NCBI RefSeq assembly: GCF_047555085.1
Contig: NZ_CP180230.1
Coordinates: 480,001-512,000, forward strand
DNA length: 32,000 bases
Reading direction: 5' to 3'
DNA from: Candidatus Saccharimonadota bacterium
GTDB lineage: Archaea > Nanohalarchaeota > Nanosalinia > Nanosalinales > Nanosalinaceae
Numbering within the stretch: position 1 is the first letter of the stretch; each line of letters starts with the position of its first letter. A program made the position numbers and the translations under genes. Below are positions 8,101 through 15,219 of the stretch, in pieces. The notes below the pieces were generated by a model that saw nothing but the letters and a program-made list of their open reading frames with translations, was not told the origin of the DNA and searched no databases.

Positions 8101-8296
8101 TTTGACAAAGACCAGAACTTCAGAAGTCAGGAAATACTGGCGTGAATACAAGGGAGAAAACGGTCATGGAGACTGGAAGGAACTCGCAGATCAACTAGAG
8201 GACTTCTTAGAAGATAAGACAGAGGCTAGTAATACTGAGCTTGAAGAGTTTGATAATGATGAATTGAAACTGGTTACTGTGGAATTTATTTCATAG
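5123..8296 (+). CDS. PLD-family nuclease domain fused to an SNF2/SF2 helicase
   Basis: HKD motif HGKAYIWDDEIVIGSSNFT. SNF2 motifs ADSVGLGKTY (I), VVDESHNFRN (II), LTATPINNS (III), LSEGQNLQ (V) and WNPTRMIQRAGRIDRIG (VI). A GTG start at 5123 preceded by AGGAG is preferred over the tracked TTG at 5069. Confidence 0.85.
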   Translation: MKNREIIDNSEGRKLVSFLRNKLEENKDGFDVATAFFNIEAFSMVKDELEGVERFRLLLGKSPEFENDRTLADAIQEFIESDVEGLEFSRENHEAVEDLIEFLEQDNVEVRVYDENFLHGKAYIWDDEIVIGSSNFTAAGLTTNNELNSVGPASKARYTRDEWFEKFWELARPFNEELIELLDESRFGTEEYSPYQVFMKTLYEYQKDDLTQDLGSEERGESDIDLTEFQEDAVKRVFTRMEKYGGCMVADSVGLGKTYIAKRMIEEFGSMRKKNYLIVSPASLEGMWTEEMKDINLSENILTQEAVARDNWERKAEKATGGNLEDVELVVVDESHNFRNPKSNRWEHLFTILNEKIKGKDNKPYVLFLTATPINNSVWDLYWQLMLMLEHNRAAFIKEGITDLYEKFQEVEEAGDPSLLNDVLNEISVRRTREYIQENYPDASYEDEYGNEIKLNFPERKLDDITYALDKSYQGYFAEISSKIKDELTMAYYRQLEYKDKKELTQDEELERGRMKGMQGIFEKLLLKRLESSVGAFRNSIDNHIDFLQQTKRHIDDGKVMSKSTYRKHILKVEEEIPEEEYREELENIDLDEYKSDEFLEDIQKDIEVFKEIKDMIEDIGYEEDAKIQTLEEELYQMSRDDQIVVFAFYSDTIQYIYNYLSNSEKLSDKRIEMITGDSSTTDREEKIEAYREDNLDIILSTDVLSEGQNLQKAKHLINYDLHWNPTRMIQRAGRIDRIGTPHDEIIIHNFFPSDELEELLELVQVLENKISDIDQAVGMDQKVLNEEINPKVFGTTSSLDEDTLQRIRENDQSVMDELSDDALGGGEGFWQPIRDYMDQRAQEELEKIPTGIYSGHKEDARGIFFYYQYGDDFHYWYFCDLENNRIIENKSEILKLISVNPDEERKIPDFFDKVYDKSSDVRDELESDYKAIEQSSSDDKMKEWDNERSKKFLIKMINSLKNQIRQHLRKYPDDEEAQEQVSHIQEKLKKITLTKTRTSEVRKYWREYKGENGHGDWKELADQLEDFLEDKTEASNTELEEFDNDELKLVTVEFIS

Positions 8297-8325
8297 ATAA
8301 AAATCTCTCTTTCTATACCAGAAAC

Positions 8326-8883
8326 ATGATTCCTTTTGAGGAAGAGGCCTCGTTGAATAGGACTGAGCGAAGAGTTGAGAGTATCCTGGAGAGTAACTGG
8401 GATAATGTTGTGCGTTCTACTCCTGGGATCCAGGAAGATCTTGAAGGCCGTTATCCGGAGCTTGCGGAGATTATCAGTAGAAGGATTATGGATGATACTG
8501 ATTCGGATTTCTCGAATGTTTTCAGGCCTGGTGTTCCCGATTTCCTGGCTTTCAGTGATTCTGGTGATTATCTGTTTGTAGAGGCGAAGTCGGAGAACGA
8601 CAGTCTGCGTCACACACAGCTGAAATGGCTGAGGGATTTCCGCGGTATAGAAATCGAGATATGGTTCGCGGATAACGAAAAAGATATAGAGAAGCTTGAG
8701 GCCTCTGATCTGAATGCGTACGGCTTCAGTGATGTCAAGAGGAATTCTTCACAGCTTGTTGTACAGGAGGGCCTGAAGGTTGATGTGTCGGAGGAGCTGG
8801 CTGCGATCACAGGCCTTTCCGAAGGTGATTCTGTGAAGTGGCGTCTGAAAAGTGCTGATGAACTGGTGCTGGATACAAGGTAA
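8326..8883 (+). CDS. VRR-NUC type PD-(D/E)xK nuclease with a C-terminal SpoVT/AbrB-like tail
   Basis: GVPDFLAFSDSGDYLFVEAKSENDSLRHTQLKWL matches the VRR-NUC pattern (PD ... E-x-K ... Q-x-x-W). The C-terminal LKVDVSEELAAITGLSEGDSVKWRL looks like a swapped-hairpin AbrB fold, which is a weaker call. Confidence 0.6.
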   Translation: MIPFEEEASLNRTERRVESILESNWDNVVRSTPGIQEDLEGRYPELAEIISRRIMDDTDSDFSNVFRPGVPDFLAFSDSGDYLFVEAKSENDSLRHTQLKWLRDFRGIEIEIWFADNEKDIEKLEASDLNAYGFSDVKRNSSQLVVQEGLKVDVSEELAAITGLSEGDSVKWRLKSADELVLDTR

Positions 8884-9017
8884 TGACTGATACAAGTCTT
8901 GAAGTTGAATGCGGCAGGTGCGGGTGTTTTTTCTGGTACAGCGGTGGGAAAAGTTTTCCTGAAAAAGTTGAGTGTCCCGAGTGTTTTTCCGAAGTCGAGA
9001 TTCCTGTCGATGGATAA
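8883..9017 (+). CDS. 44-aa zinc-ribbon micro-protein
   Basis: Hand translation gives MTDTSLEVECGRCGCFFWYSGGKSFPEKVECPECFSEVEIPVDG, with CxxC ... CxxC. Its ATG overlaps the upstream stop (TAATG). Confidence 0.45.
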   Translation: MTDTSLEVECGRCGCFFWYSGGKSFPEKVECPECFSEVEIPVDG

Positions 9018-9152
9018 ATTTTTCAGGGCCTTAGACGGTTTTTTCGTTTTACTTGCTTATTTTCGATTATGGCGTACTGTGTTAACATTTCGTGTCCATA
9101 ACAGTTGTGGCCCTGTAAATCGGGGCCTCTACAATAGTCCTGCTGAGAAAAT

Positions 9153-9244
9153 GCGGGGCGGGCCGGGTCTGGAAGCTCATCCCCTCTGGGGATGTAAGCC
9201 GGTGAACAGCCGTGTGTAACGCTTCGATCCGCCCTCTAATTTTT
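9153..9244 (+). ncRNA. candidate small structured RNA (unknown class)
   Basis: A GC-rich patch in a 290-bp non-coding spacer. A closing helix pairs GGGCGG (9156-9161) with CCGCCC (9229-9234). There is a CCGG/CCGG helix (9163-9166 with 9199-9202) and a perfect hairpin ATCCCC-TCT-GGGGAT (9179-9193). A T5 run follows at 9240-9244. No class could be assigned. Confidence 0.25.
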
Positions 9245-9307
9245 ATCATACCGTATTTCTGGATGAAAGGCATCCAGTTATTTATCTTCTGAAGTCTTCT
9301 TTTTTCT

Positions 9308-9997
9308 GTGAAGCAGGAAATCGAAAATTTTCTTGAAGTCCGGGAGAGCAGTAGAGCGAAGAGGCCTAGAATACGTTACAGGAGAGGAAGTTTTACTGTA
9401 GTTGTTCCTGAAGGCCTGGAAGTTGACATGGATGAGTTGATTGAAGATAATATTGACTGGTTTCAGGATCGTCTTGAAGAGGCCCGTGAGTACAGACAGG
9501 AAATCCCTGAAAGGGATCTGAGGCCTGGAGGAGAAATCGCTGTACTCGGAGCTGATAGAGAGATCGTGGTGGAGAAACGGAGATCTAACAGAGTCGATGA
9601 GAAGATTTTCCTGGCCGAGCATCTTGTGGAGAGGACTTCTTTCATGGATCAACTGGAGAAATCTTTGCGAAGTTTTGCACGTCAAAAGTTCGAGGAGAAG
9701 GCCTCTATGTATGTTAAAGATATTGATGGAGGTTTTGAGAAGATTTTTGTCCGTGATCAGAAGACACGGTGGGGCTCCTGTTCATCGAAAAATAACTTGA
9801 ATTTTAACTGGCGTCTTGTACTGGGGCCTGAAAAGGTTCTGGAGTACGTTGTGGTGCATGAACTGGTGCATCTGGAAGTCAGGGATCACGGTGAAAGTTT
9901 CTGGAAACGTGTAGAGGAGATTTATCCGGAGTTCGAGGCCTGTAAAGAGTGGCTCGAGGAGAATTCCGCTAGACTGGTTTTTGACAGGGATTTCTGA
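9308..9997 (+). CDS. YgjP-like / DUF45 M48-family metal-dependent hydrolase
   Basis: WGSCSSKNNLNFNWRL ... VVHELVHLEVRDHGESFW is the characteristic DUF45 HExxH...H..FW signature. GTG start. Confidence 0.85.
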   Translation: MKQEIENFLEVRESSRAKRPRIRYRRGSFTVVVPEGLEVDMDELIEDNIDWFQDRLEEAREYRQEIPERDLRPGGEIAVLGADREIVVEKRRSNRVDEKIFLAEHLVERTSFMDQLEKSLRSFARQKFEEKASMYVKDIDGGFEKIFVRDQKTRWGSCSSKNNLNFNWRLVLGPEKVLEYVVVHELVHLEVRDHGESFWKRVEEIYPEFEACKEWLEENSARLVFDRDF

Positions 9998-10055
9998 ACT
10001 GTTGTAGGCCTGTGACGCAGTTTTTAAGTACAGCTTTTTCTCATTGTGTTTCTAT

Positions 10056-10448
10056 ATGAGTCTTAGTTCAGCTTTCCTTGCGGAGTTTATCGGCCTGTAC
10101 ATAATGATTGTGTCCGCGGCTTTCATTCTGCGGCATGAATCTTTCGTTGAGTACGCCCGTAGCTTCGCCGAGGATATCGCACTCAGGTACAGTGTTGCCC
10201 TGGTAGAACTTGCTGCAGGCCTTGCAATTGTTCTGCAGCATCCTGTCTATGAAATCAGTTATGTCGGCGCCATCACGGTAGTCGGCTGGCTGATGTTGAT
10301 CGAGTCCGTCTTCCATCTTGCGGCGACGGAGGAACAGGAGCACAAGCTTCTTGATCATGCGGACGACAGGGCTTACTGGAAAGTTTTCGGTACGCTTTCC
10401 CTCCTCTTCGGAGTATACCTGGCAACACACGGCTTCACGGTCTTCTAG
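10056..10448 (+). CDS. membrane protein, unknown function
   Basis: Four hydrophobic segments. ATG at 10056 is preferred over the tracked TTG at 10044. Its stop overlaps the stop of the convergent PiT gene within CTAG. Confidence 0.55.
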   Translation: MSLSSAFLAEFIGLYIMIVSAAFILRHESFVEYARSFAEDIALRYSVALVELAAGLAIVLQHPVYEISYVGAITVVGWLMLIESVFHLAATEEQEHKLLDHADDRAYWKVFGTLSLLFGVYLATHGFTVF

Positions 10449-11590
10449 AAGGCCTGAAGCAGAAGGAAGACGAGGTAGGATGCTACTGCCGATATGGCAG
10501 GTGTCATGATCCAGAGCGTTACAACGTGGCTGATCATGTCGGGCTTGAAAAGCTTCCTGTCCGGAAGATCGTCTTCCGTTTCCTCCCCAATTTCCTTCTT
10601 TTCTTTCGAGTTAAGTGCTGCAGCGTTCATCTCCGGCGTCTCACCTTTCAGTGTATCCTTCATCTTCACAGTCCTTGACGCGCGGCCCCATCCAAGGCCT
10701 ATGATACACATCGTTGCGGAGATCGCAAGCGAGGCAGGAATCCCCATGCCTGAGAGAACGGTGATGATAGATGCGGAGACTGTTGAGACGATCAGGGAAG
10801 CCAGCAGAGGGAGTTCAGTGAGGCCATCGCCGACAGTGTCGAGAGTTTTCCGTGCGATAGTGAATCCTCCTACACTCATAGCTCCAACAGCGAGAAGTAT
10901 CGCAGGATTCATCTCAAGCATACGGCTTCCTACAAGAGGAGCAACAGCGTTCGCAACATTTGAGGCCCCGGCGGAGAACGCCATGTAGCAGGCAATCCCC
11001 ACTACGAGAAAGCTGGACAGAAGTTCCCTGTAGCTTGTGCCTTCTCCCATCCTGACAGGCCTGAAGCTTTTTTCCAGTCTCAGCAGCTTTCCTGTACTCT
11101 GTCCGATATGGAAGAAGTCATCCATGTGCACGTAAAGATATCTTCCGATGACGCCTCCTGAAAGGAAAGCGACTGAAGGTGCGACAAGCCACCAGGACAT
11201 TATCTGCCCCATTATCTCCCAGTTAAGAGTTCCTGTTGCCAGGCCCAGGCCTGCAATAGCTCCGACAGCAGTCATAGATGTCGAGGCAGGTACTCCTGAA
11301 AGATTTGATATCAGAAGCGAGAGGCCTATAAAGAAAAGTATTATTATCGATGCTGTGGTCGTGAATTCTGCGGCAGGAACTATTTTCCCGCCCATAGTTG
11401 TTATCACGTTTCTTCCGACTGTCCATCCTCCAAGAAGTGCAAAAACAGTCATCAGAGCTGCTGCTGCAGGCTTTGAGAGGAGATTGCTTCCGACAGAAGG
11501 TCCGAAAGCGACACCGGTAGACGATCCCCCGATGTTTATACCTACAAAAATTGCGGCCAGTACTCCGAAGACAAGCAGTACTTCGATCAT
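10445..11590 (-). CDS. inorganic phosphate transporter, PiT family
   Basis: A polytopic protein with duplicated PiT signatures GINIGGSSTGVAFGPSVGS and SAGASNVANAVAPLVGS. Confidence 0.85.
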   Translation of the reverse strand: MIEVLLVFGVLAAIFVGINIGGSSTGVAFGPSVGSNLLSKPAAAALMTVFALLGGWTVGRNVITTMGGKIVPAAEFTTTASIIILFFIGLSLLISNLSGVPASTSMTAVGAIAGLGLATGTLNWEIMGQIMSWWLVAPSVAFLSGGVIGRYLYVHMDDFFHIGQSTGKLLRLEKSFRPVRMGEGTSYRELLSSFLVVGIACYMAFSAGASNVANAVAPLVGSRMLEMNPAILLAVGAMSVGGFTIARKTLDTVGDGLTELPLLASLIVSTVSASIITVLSGMGIPASLAISATMCIIGLGWGRASRTVKMKDTLKGETPEMNAAALNSKEKKEIGEETEDDLPDRKLFKPDMISHVVTLWIMTPAISAVASYLVFLLLQAF

Positions 11591-11602
11591 GAGTTATAAC
11601 CT

Positions 11603-11788
11603 CTATCCTACAGGCCCGTTACGGAAGATTCCGTGATACATTATTCCTATTGAGATAGCTGCTCCGCCACCTACAGCATACTGTGTCGGTATGCCTGTGA
11701 AAACTCCTACGGCTGCACCACTTGATAAGCTTGCGGTGATGCCAGCCAGCACCTTGTCATAGTAATCGATATTCAGAAAAATCACCAT
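11603..11788 (-). CDS. small Gly/Ala-rich hydrophobic protein upstream of PiT
   Basis: A 61-aa ORF 12 nt upstream of the PiT start on the same strand. No family was recognised. Confidence 0.4.
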   Translation of the reverse strand: MVIFLNIDYYDKVLAGITASLSSGAAVGVFTGIPTQYAVGGGAAISIGIMYHGIFRNGPVG

Positions 11789-11870
11789 TAAACTCGTCTC
11801 TTTTCAGTCTAATAAGAATTACTGTCACTCGATTTCTAAACAGGCCTTCTCCACTTTTTATCCAGGCAGC

Positions 11871-11880
11871 TATTTAAATC
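11871..11880 (+). promoter_or_regulatory. TATA-box-like element for tfb (leaderless transcript likely)
   Basis: TATTTAAATC is centred about 27 nt upstream of the ATG at 11902. Confidence 0.35.
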
Positions 11881-11901
11881 TTTATGTATAATGCTGTGGG
11901 T

Positions 11902-12867
11902 ATGACTACTGAAACAGCATCAGGCGATGAAACTATAGAACCAAAAGTGAAGATGCCCGAGAAATCAGAGGACGCAAACGGCTGCCCGGAATGCGGCTCC
12001 AGCCGTTTTGAGGAGATCGAGGGAGAGACGTACTGTATGAACTGTGGGACAGTCGTTGACACCGACAGGATCGATACCACAAGGGAGTACAGGGCATTTG
12101 ACTCGGAAAGCACGCAGAAGAAGGAGAGAGTGGGCTCAACTATCACATACACGAAGGCCGACAAAGGAATGTCCACAAAGATCGGTGAGACAAACGAACT
12201 CAACAAGGTCTCGGGAAGGAAGAGAGGCCAGTACTACAGGATGAAGAAATGGGACAGCAGAAGCGATTCACGTGAGGACTCGCTTCAGAAAGGCCTGTCG
12301 ATCATTGACAGGCTTACATATGAACTGAATCTTCCGAAGTCCGTCAAGGAGGAGGCCGGAAGACTCTACGAGAAAGCGTCTGAAGAGGACTTGATCAAGG
12401 GGAAGTCCAGAGAGGCCTCTGTAGCTGCTATACTGTATCTTGTTGCAAGAAGCCATGAAGTTCCGAGGACTCAGAAAGAGATCGGTGAAGCGACTAAAGT
12501 CAAGCAGAGGAAGATGAACAAGACGTACAGGGATCTTGCAAGAGAGCTTGATCTTGATATCAGGCCTGCTGATCCGAAGAACTTTATACCGCGTTACGCC
12601 AGTGAAGTCGGACTTTCAGGAGAGGCAAGCGCCCGTGCAAGAAAAATCGTGAAGGAGGCCATGGATAAAGGAGTTACATCCGGAAGAAGTCCTTCCAGCG
12701 TTTCCTCGGCAGCACTTTACATCGGCGCACTGCTTGAAGGCGACAAAGTCACGCAGAAAGAAGTAGCGGAGGTAGCAGGCGTCACACAGACTACTGTAAG
12801 GAAGACTTACAGACTGATATCCGAGGAACTTGGCCTTGAAGAGGAAATCGAGGAGGCGAAAAATTAG
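11902..12867 (+). CDS. tfb: transcription initiation factor IIB (TFB)
   Basis: N-terminal zinc ribbon CPECGSSRFEE...CMNCG, two cyclin-like repeats, and a typical TFB C-terminus. Start is ATG 11902 (MTTETAS), although ATG 11884 is also in frame. Confidence 0.9.
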   Translation: MTTETASGDETIEPKVKMPEKSEDANGCPECGSSRFEEIEGETYCMNCGTVVDTDRIDTTREYRAFDSESTQKKERVGSTITYTKADKGMSTKIGETNELNKVSGRKRGQYYRMKKWDSRSDSREDSLQKGLSIIDRLTYELNLPKSVKEEAGRLYEKASEEDLIKGKSREASVAAILYLVARSHEVPRTQKEIGEATKVKQRKMNKTYRDLARELDLDIRPADPKNFIPRYASEVGLSGEASARARKIVKEAMDKGVTSGRSPSSVSSAALYIGALLEGDKVTQKEVAEVAGVTQTTVRKTYRLISEELGLEEEIEEAKN

Positions 12868-13011
12868 ATGGTAAAACTTCAGAAAGACGGCAACGGAAGA
12901 TACCACATCACTCTTCCGAAAAGCTTCGTCGATGGATTCGGCTGGAGTAAGGGAGACGAGATCTGCTTCGAGATCAAAGGCCAGGGAAAACTCGAGATCG
13001 AGAAAGACTAG
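12868..13011 (+). CDS. AbrB/SpoVT (MazE-like) family DNA-binding protein, 47 aa
   Basis: Hand translation gives MVKLQKDGNGRYHITLPKSFVDGFGWSKGDEICFEIKGQGKLEIEKD. The pattern 'G.. .ItlPk.f.. .g...Gd.' is typical of the swapped-hairpin fold. The ATG directly follows the tfb stop. Confidence 0.6.
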   Translation: MVKLQKDGNGRYHITLPKSFVDGFGWSKGDEICFEIKGQGKLEIEKD

Positions 13012-13019
13012 AAAATTTT
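13012..13019. terminator. AAAATTTT palindrome between convergent genes, candidate bidirectional oligo-T terminator
   Basis: It follows the stop at 13009-13011 directly and provides a T-run on both strands. Confidence 0.3.
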
Positions 13020-13047
13020 CTTACACCTCTTCTCTAGAGGCCTCCAG

Positions 13048-13551
13048 CTACTGTTCTTCTCTAAACTCTTTCTCCCTCAAAGTCAAGCTGACTTCCGGAT
13101 GTCTGCCACATGCATATTTTAACTCTTCGACGATTTTCTCGTATCCAGACCTGAAAGATTTCTCAGTTCTTTTCTCGTATTCCGGCTCTATCTTAGCATC
13201 CTCTACAGAAAAATCTTCAACATCTATATCTGTGTCTGTCAAACATCTGTGGCAGTAAGGATCCTGAAAAAATCCTTCAGAGTTCCGCATATCGTTGTCC
13301 TCATCTGTGTAGAAGAAACTGTTGTGATTGCTGTAACTTCCTGAGGCATTGACAAAGTTCCAGACATCCTGTTCGTCTTCGAAACTTTCCAGTCCTTCAT
13401 CAATTAATCTCTCGACTTCGTCTTCGTAAGACTGTCCAAGGCCTGGCGCCCAGCCCTGCATATACTCAAGGCCTCCAGTAGTTTCCCAGTTATCGTGTCT
13501 TGCTTCCGAGGTGACAAGGCTTCTCACTGAAGGCGGGAGATCTATTTCCAT
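13048..13551 (-). CDS. acidic hypothetical protein
   Basis: A 167-aa ORF with the strongly acidic composition seen in the other proteins here. No family was recognised. Confidence 0.55.
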   Translation of the reverse strand: MEIDLPPSVRSLVTSEARHDNWETTGGLEYMQGWAPGLGQSYEDEVERLIDEGLESFEDEQDVWNFVNASGSYSNHNSFFYTDEDNDMRNSEGFFQDPYCHRCLTDTDIDVEDFSVEDAKIEPEYEKRTEKSFRSGYEKIVEELKYACGRHPEVSLTLREKEFREEQ

Positions 13552-13658
13552 CGACAGTCTTGTTTTCGAGGCCTCCGTTAAAAAATCGATCCTCCAACAA
13601 AAGGGGAAAGATTGGAAAAACTAGGCCTCTAACACGTTTTTACAGGTGAAAAAAGATA

Positions 13659-13975
13659 ATGTCATACACCAAGGCGAACTACAGCGACGTTGAACCGAAA
13701 GGAGGAGCACTGCACTTCCTGAGAGACGAACTTGAATGCGAAAATCTTGGAGTAACAGTGATCGACGCAGAGAAAGGCTGGGAAGGACTAGAACACGATC
13801 ACGAGGAAGACGGCCAGGAAGAAGTCTACCTTCTGATCGAAGGAGAGGCCTCTATCACTGTCGACGGAGAAAAATCCGGATGAGCGAAGGAGATGCCGTA
13901 AGAGTCTCCGCAGAATCCGAGAGAAAGATCGATGCTCATGAAGACAGCAAGATAGTGGCGATCGGAGCGCCGTAA
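13659..13975 (+). pseudogene. cupin-domain protein interrupted by a single-base frameshift in an A5 run
   Basis: ORF 13659..13883 (…EEVYLLIEGEASITVDGEKSG*) continues in another frame as ORF 13736..13975 (…KIRMSEGDAVRVSAESERKIDAHEDSKIVAIGAP). Adding one A to the run at 13870-13874 fuses them into one cupin-like protein of about 105 aa. Confidence 0.65.
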
Positions 13976-14220
13976 ATTTTTCAGAGAAAAAGGGAAGACG
14001 GGGGAAGAGGCCTGTCAATTAAAAGGCGGACGCAGTGGAGGCCTCTCCCGCAAGATCTATTTTATAATTTCGTTTGCCGGGATTTGCCCCTGTCTCAGCT
14101 TCTATCTCAGTTTCAAGGGCCTTGCAGTTGGCGCAGATTAATTCTTCACCTTTGTACACTGTACCTCGAACTCTAACTAATATAGTCCTTTCGCCTGTCT
14201 GGGATCTGTGGTCCAGAATT

Positions 14221-14646
14221 TTATCTCATGTCGTTCGTTGACTCGACGTCAGCTTCCAGAACGCTGTTCCAGTCGAAATCCATCGCTATCCCGGATTCAT
14301 CTCCGTGTTCCAGAGCGTACTCCGCATACATTGCCATTGCGTTGTCAGGATTGTCGTATTCTCCAGGTAGAACCGGATCGCCTGTTTCCTGAAAAGTATA
14401 GTTGTCGGCTCCTCTACCTTTTCTCTCAAGTTTATCCTCAAGTTCAGCTGTTACATGCCTGTTCTCTGACTCCAGGCTGATACGGACTCCGTTGAAAGTC
14501 CGGAAAACCTCGACACGGTATGCTTCATCCTCCTGCGCCAGCTGGCTCATCTCGCCAGGATCATGCACACCTCTCTGCTGAGTGTAAAAACCGAAGTCTT
14601 TCCTTCCCTGCTCATGCTGGATGCCGTTTATGAAGAATCCTCTCAT
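14221..14646 (-). CDS. acidic hypothetical protein
   Basis: A 141-aa ORF with acidic composition. No family was recognised. Confidence 0.5.
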   Translation of the reverse strand: MRGFFINGIQHEQGRKDFGFYTQQRGVHDPGEMSQLAQEDEAYRVEVFRTFNGVRISLESENRHVTAELEDKLERKGRGADNYTFQETGDPVLPGEYDNPDNAMAMYAEYALEHGDESGIAMDFDWNSVLEADVESTNDMR

Positions 14647-14713
14647 CCGTACTCCCTGTTACAGATTCAGGGCCTCAAAACTCTTAACTCCATCGCATTC
14701 AAACAGAAAATTT

Positions 14714-15148
14714 TCACATGAACTCTTCCAGGCCTCTATCCTCACTGCTGCGTTCCTCTGTCCAGGAAAACTCTCTTTCAGCATCTATAGCTGCTTTCTG
14801 AACTTCATCAACTATCTCACTCCACGACTTGCTTCCTCCACGCCCGTGATAATCCGGAGCCCTGTACACTGTCTCCCCTGTAAAAATTTTCTCTTCAGAT
14901 CCGATTATACCTATCCTGTCATAGAAATCAGCAGTTACAGCAACTTCTTCGCTTTCAAAACGCCTTCCATCGTATCTTCCCTCATCCAGATCATTGGCAA
15001 CATCTGTCAGCTGATCTAAAGTCAAGTTATTAGTTACAGAGGCCTTAAATGCGTCAGGTACGACATGTACGTTCTCAGCGAAAGTTTCGTAATCATCAGC
15101 CTCGTTCTGAAGCATCTCTCTGAAAGTTCTGACGTACATATCAATCAT
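14714..15148 (-). CDS. acidic hypothetical protein
   Basis: A 144-aa ORF with acidic composition. No family was recognised. Confidence 0.5.
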   Translation of the reverse strand: MIDMYVRTFREMLQNEADDYETFAENVHVVPDAFKASVTNNLTLDQLTDVANDLDEGRYDGRRFESEEVAVTADFYDRIGIIGSEEKIFTGETVYRAPDYHGRGGSKSWSEIVDEVQKAAIDAEREFSWTEERSSEDRGLEEFM

Positions 15149-15219
15149 TTATTTCAGGCCTGAGAGAAACTTTCCCGGTGAAAAGTTAAAACTCTGTTCT
15201 GTATTAAGATAAGTTATCG

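Noticed and set aside
9150-9240. tRNA (possibly Arg-TCT), or a tRNA fragment serving as an integration site
   Set aside because: A CATCC/GGATG stem with the loop CCTCTGG can be drawn. However, position 33 would be C, position 8 would be G, no D-arm pairs and there is no TTCRA T-loop with a complementary stem, so no cloverleaf forms on either strand.
8899-9273. Tracked ORFs 8899..9219 (+, 106 aa) and 9082..9273 (-, 63 aa) as protein-coding genes
   Set aside because: Both are basic and rich in Arg, Cys and Trp, unlike the uniformly acidic proteins of this window. They overlap the zinc-ribbon micro-ORF and the GC-rich hairpin region, which is better explained as non-coding structured sequence.
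9018-9307. SRP (7S) RNA
   Set aside because: Only one hairpin loosely resembles an Alu-domain helix from memory. The spacer is too short, and no helix-8-like GGAA/AGCA motifs or long helix-5 pairing were seen.
1-9997. Assignment of the island to canonical DISARM, BREX or a type I/III R-M system
   Set aside because: No DrmA/DrmB (DUF1998), PglZ, BrxC, HsdR/HsdS or Res-like genes are visible. Only partial component overlap exists (MTase, PLD, SNF2, DUF45).
10494-11636. Long plus-strand ORFs (10494..10988 and 11148..11636) opposite the PiT gene
   Set aside because: These are shadow ORFs antisense to a gene with clear PiT signatures. Their translations are Ser/Pro/Arg-rich low-complexity sequence.
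12932-13258. 108-aa plus-strand ORF overlapping the AbrB-like gene end and the 13048..13551 gene
   Set aside because: It is Ser-rich and non-acidic, and it overlaps better-supported genes on both strands.
14028-14215. Minus-strand ORF (...RTILVRVRGTVYKGEELICANCKALETEIEAETG...) in the 245-bp spacer after the cupin gene
   Set aside because: It looks protein-like but has only one CxxC and no ATG. The only candidate start is an internal GTG, which would give about 46 aa. That is insufficient support, and it could be a gene remnant.
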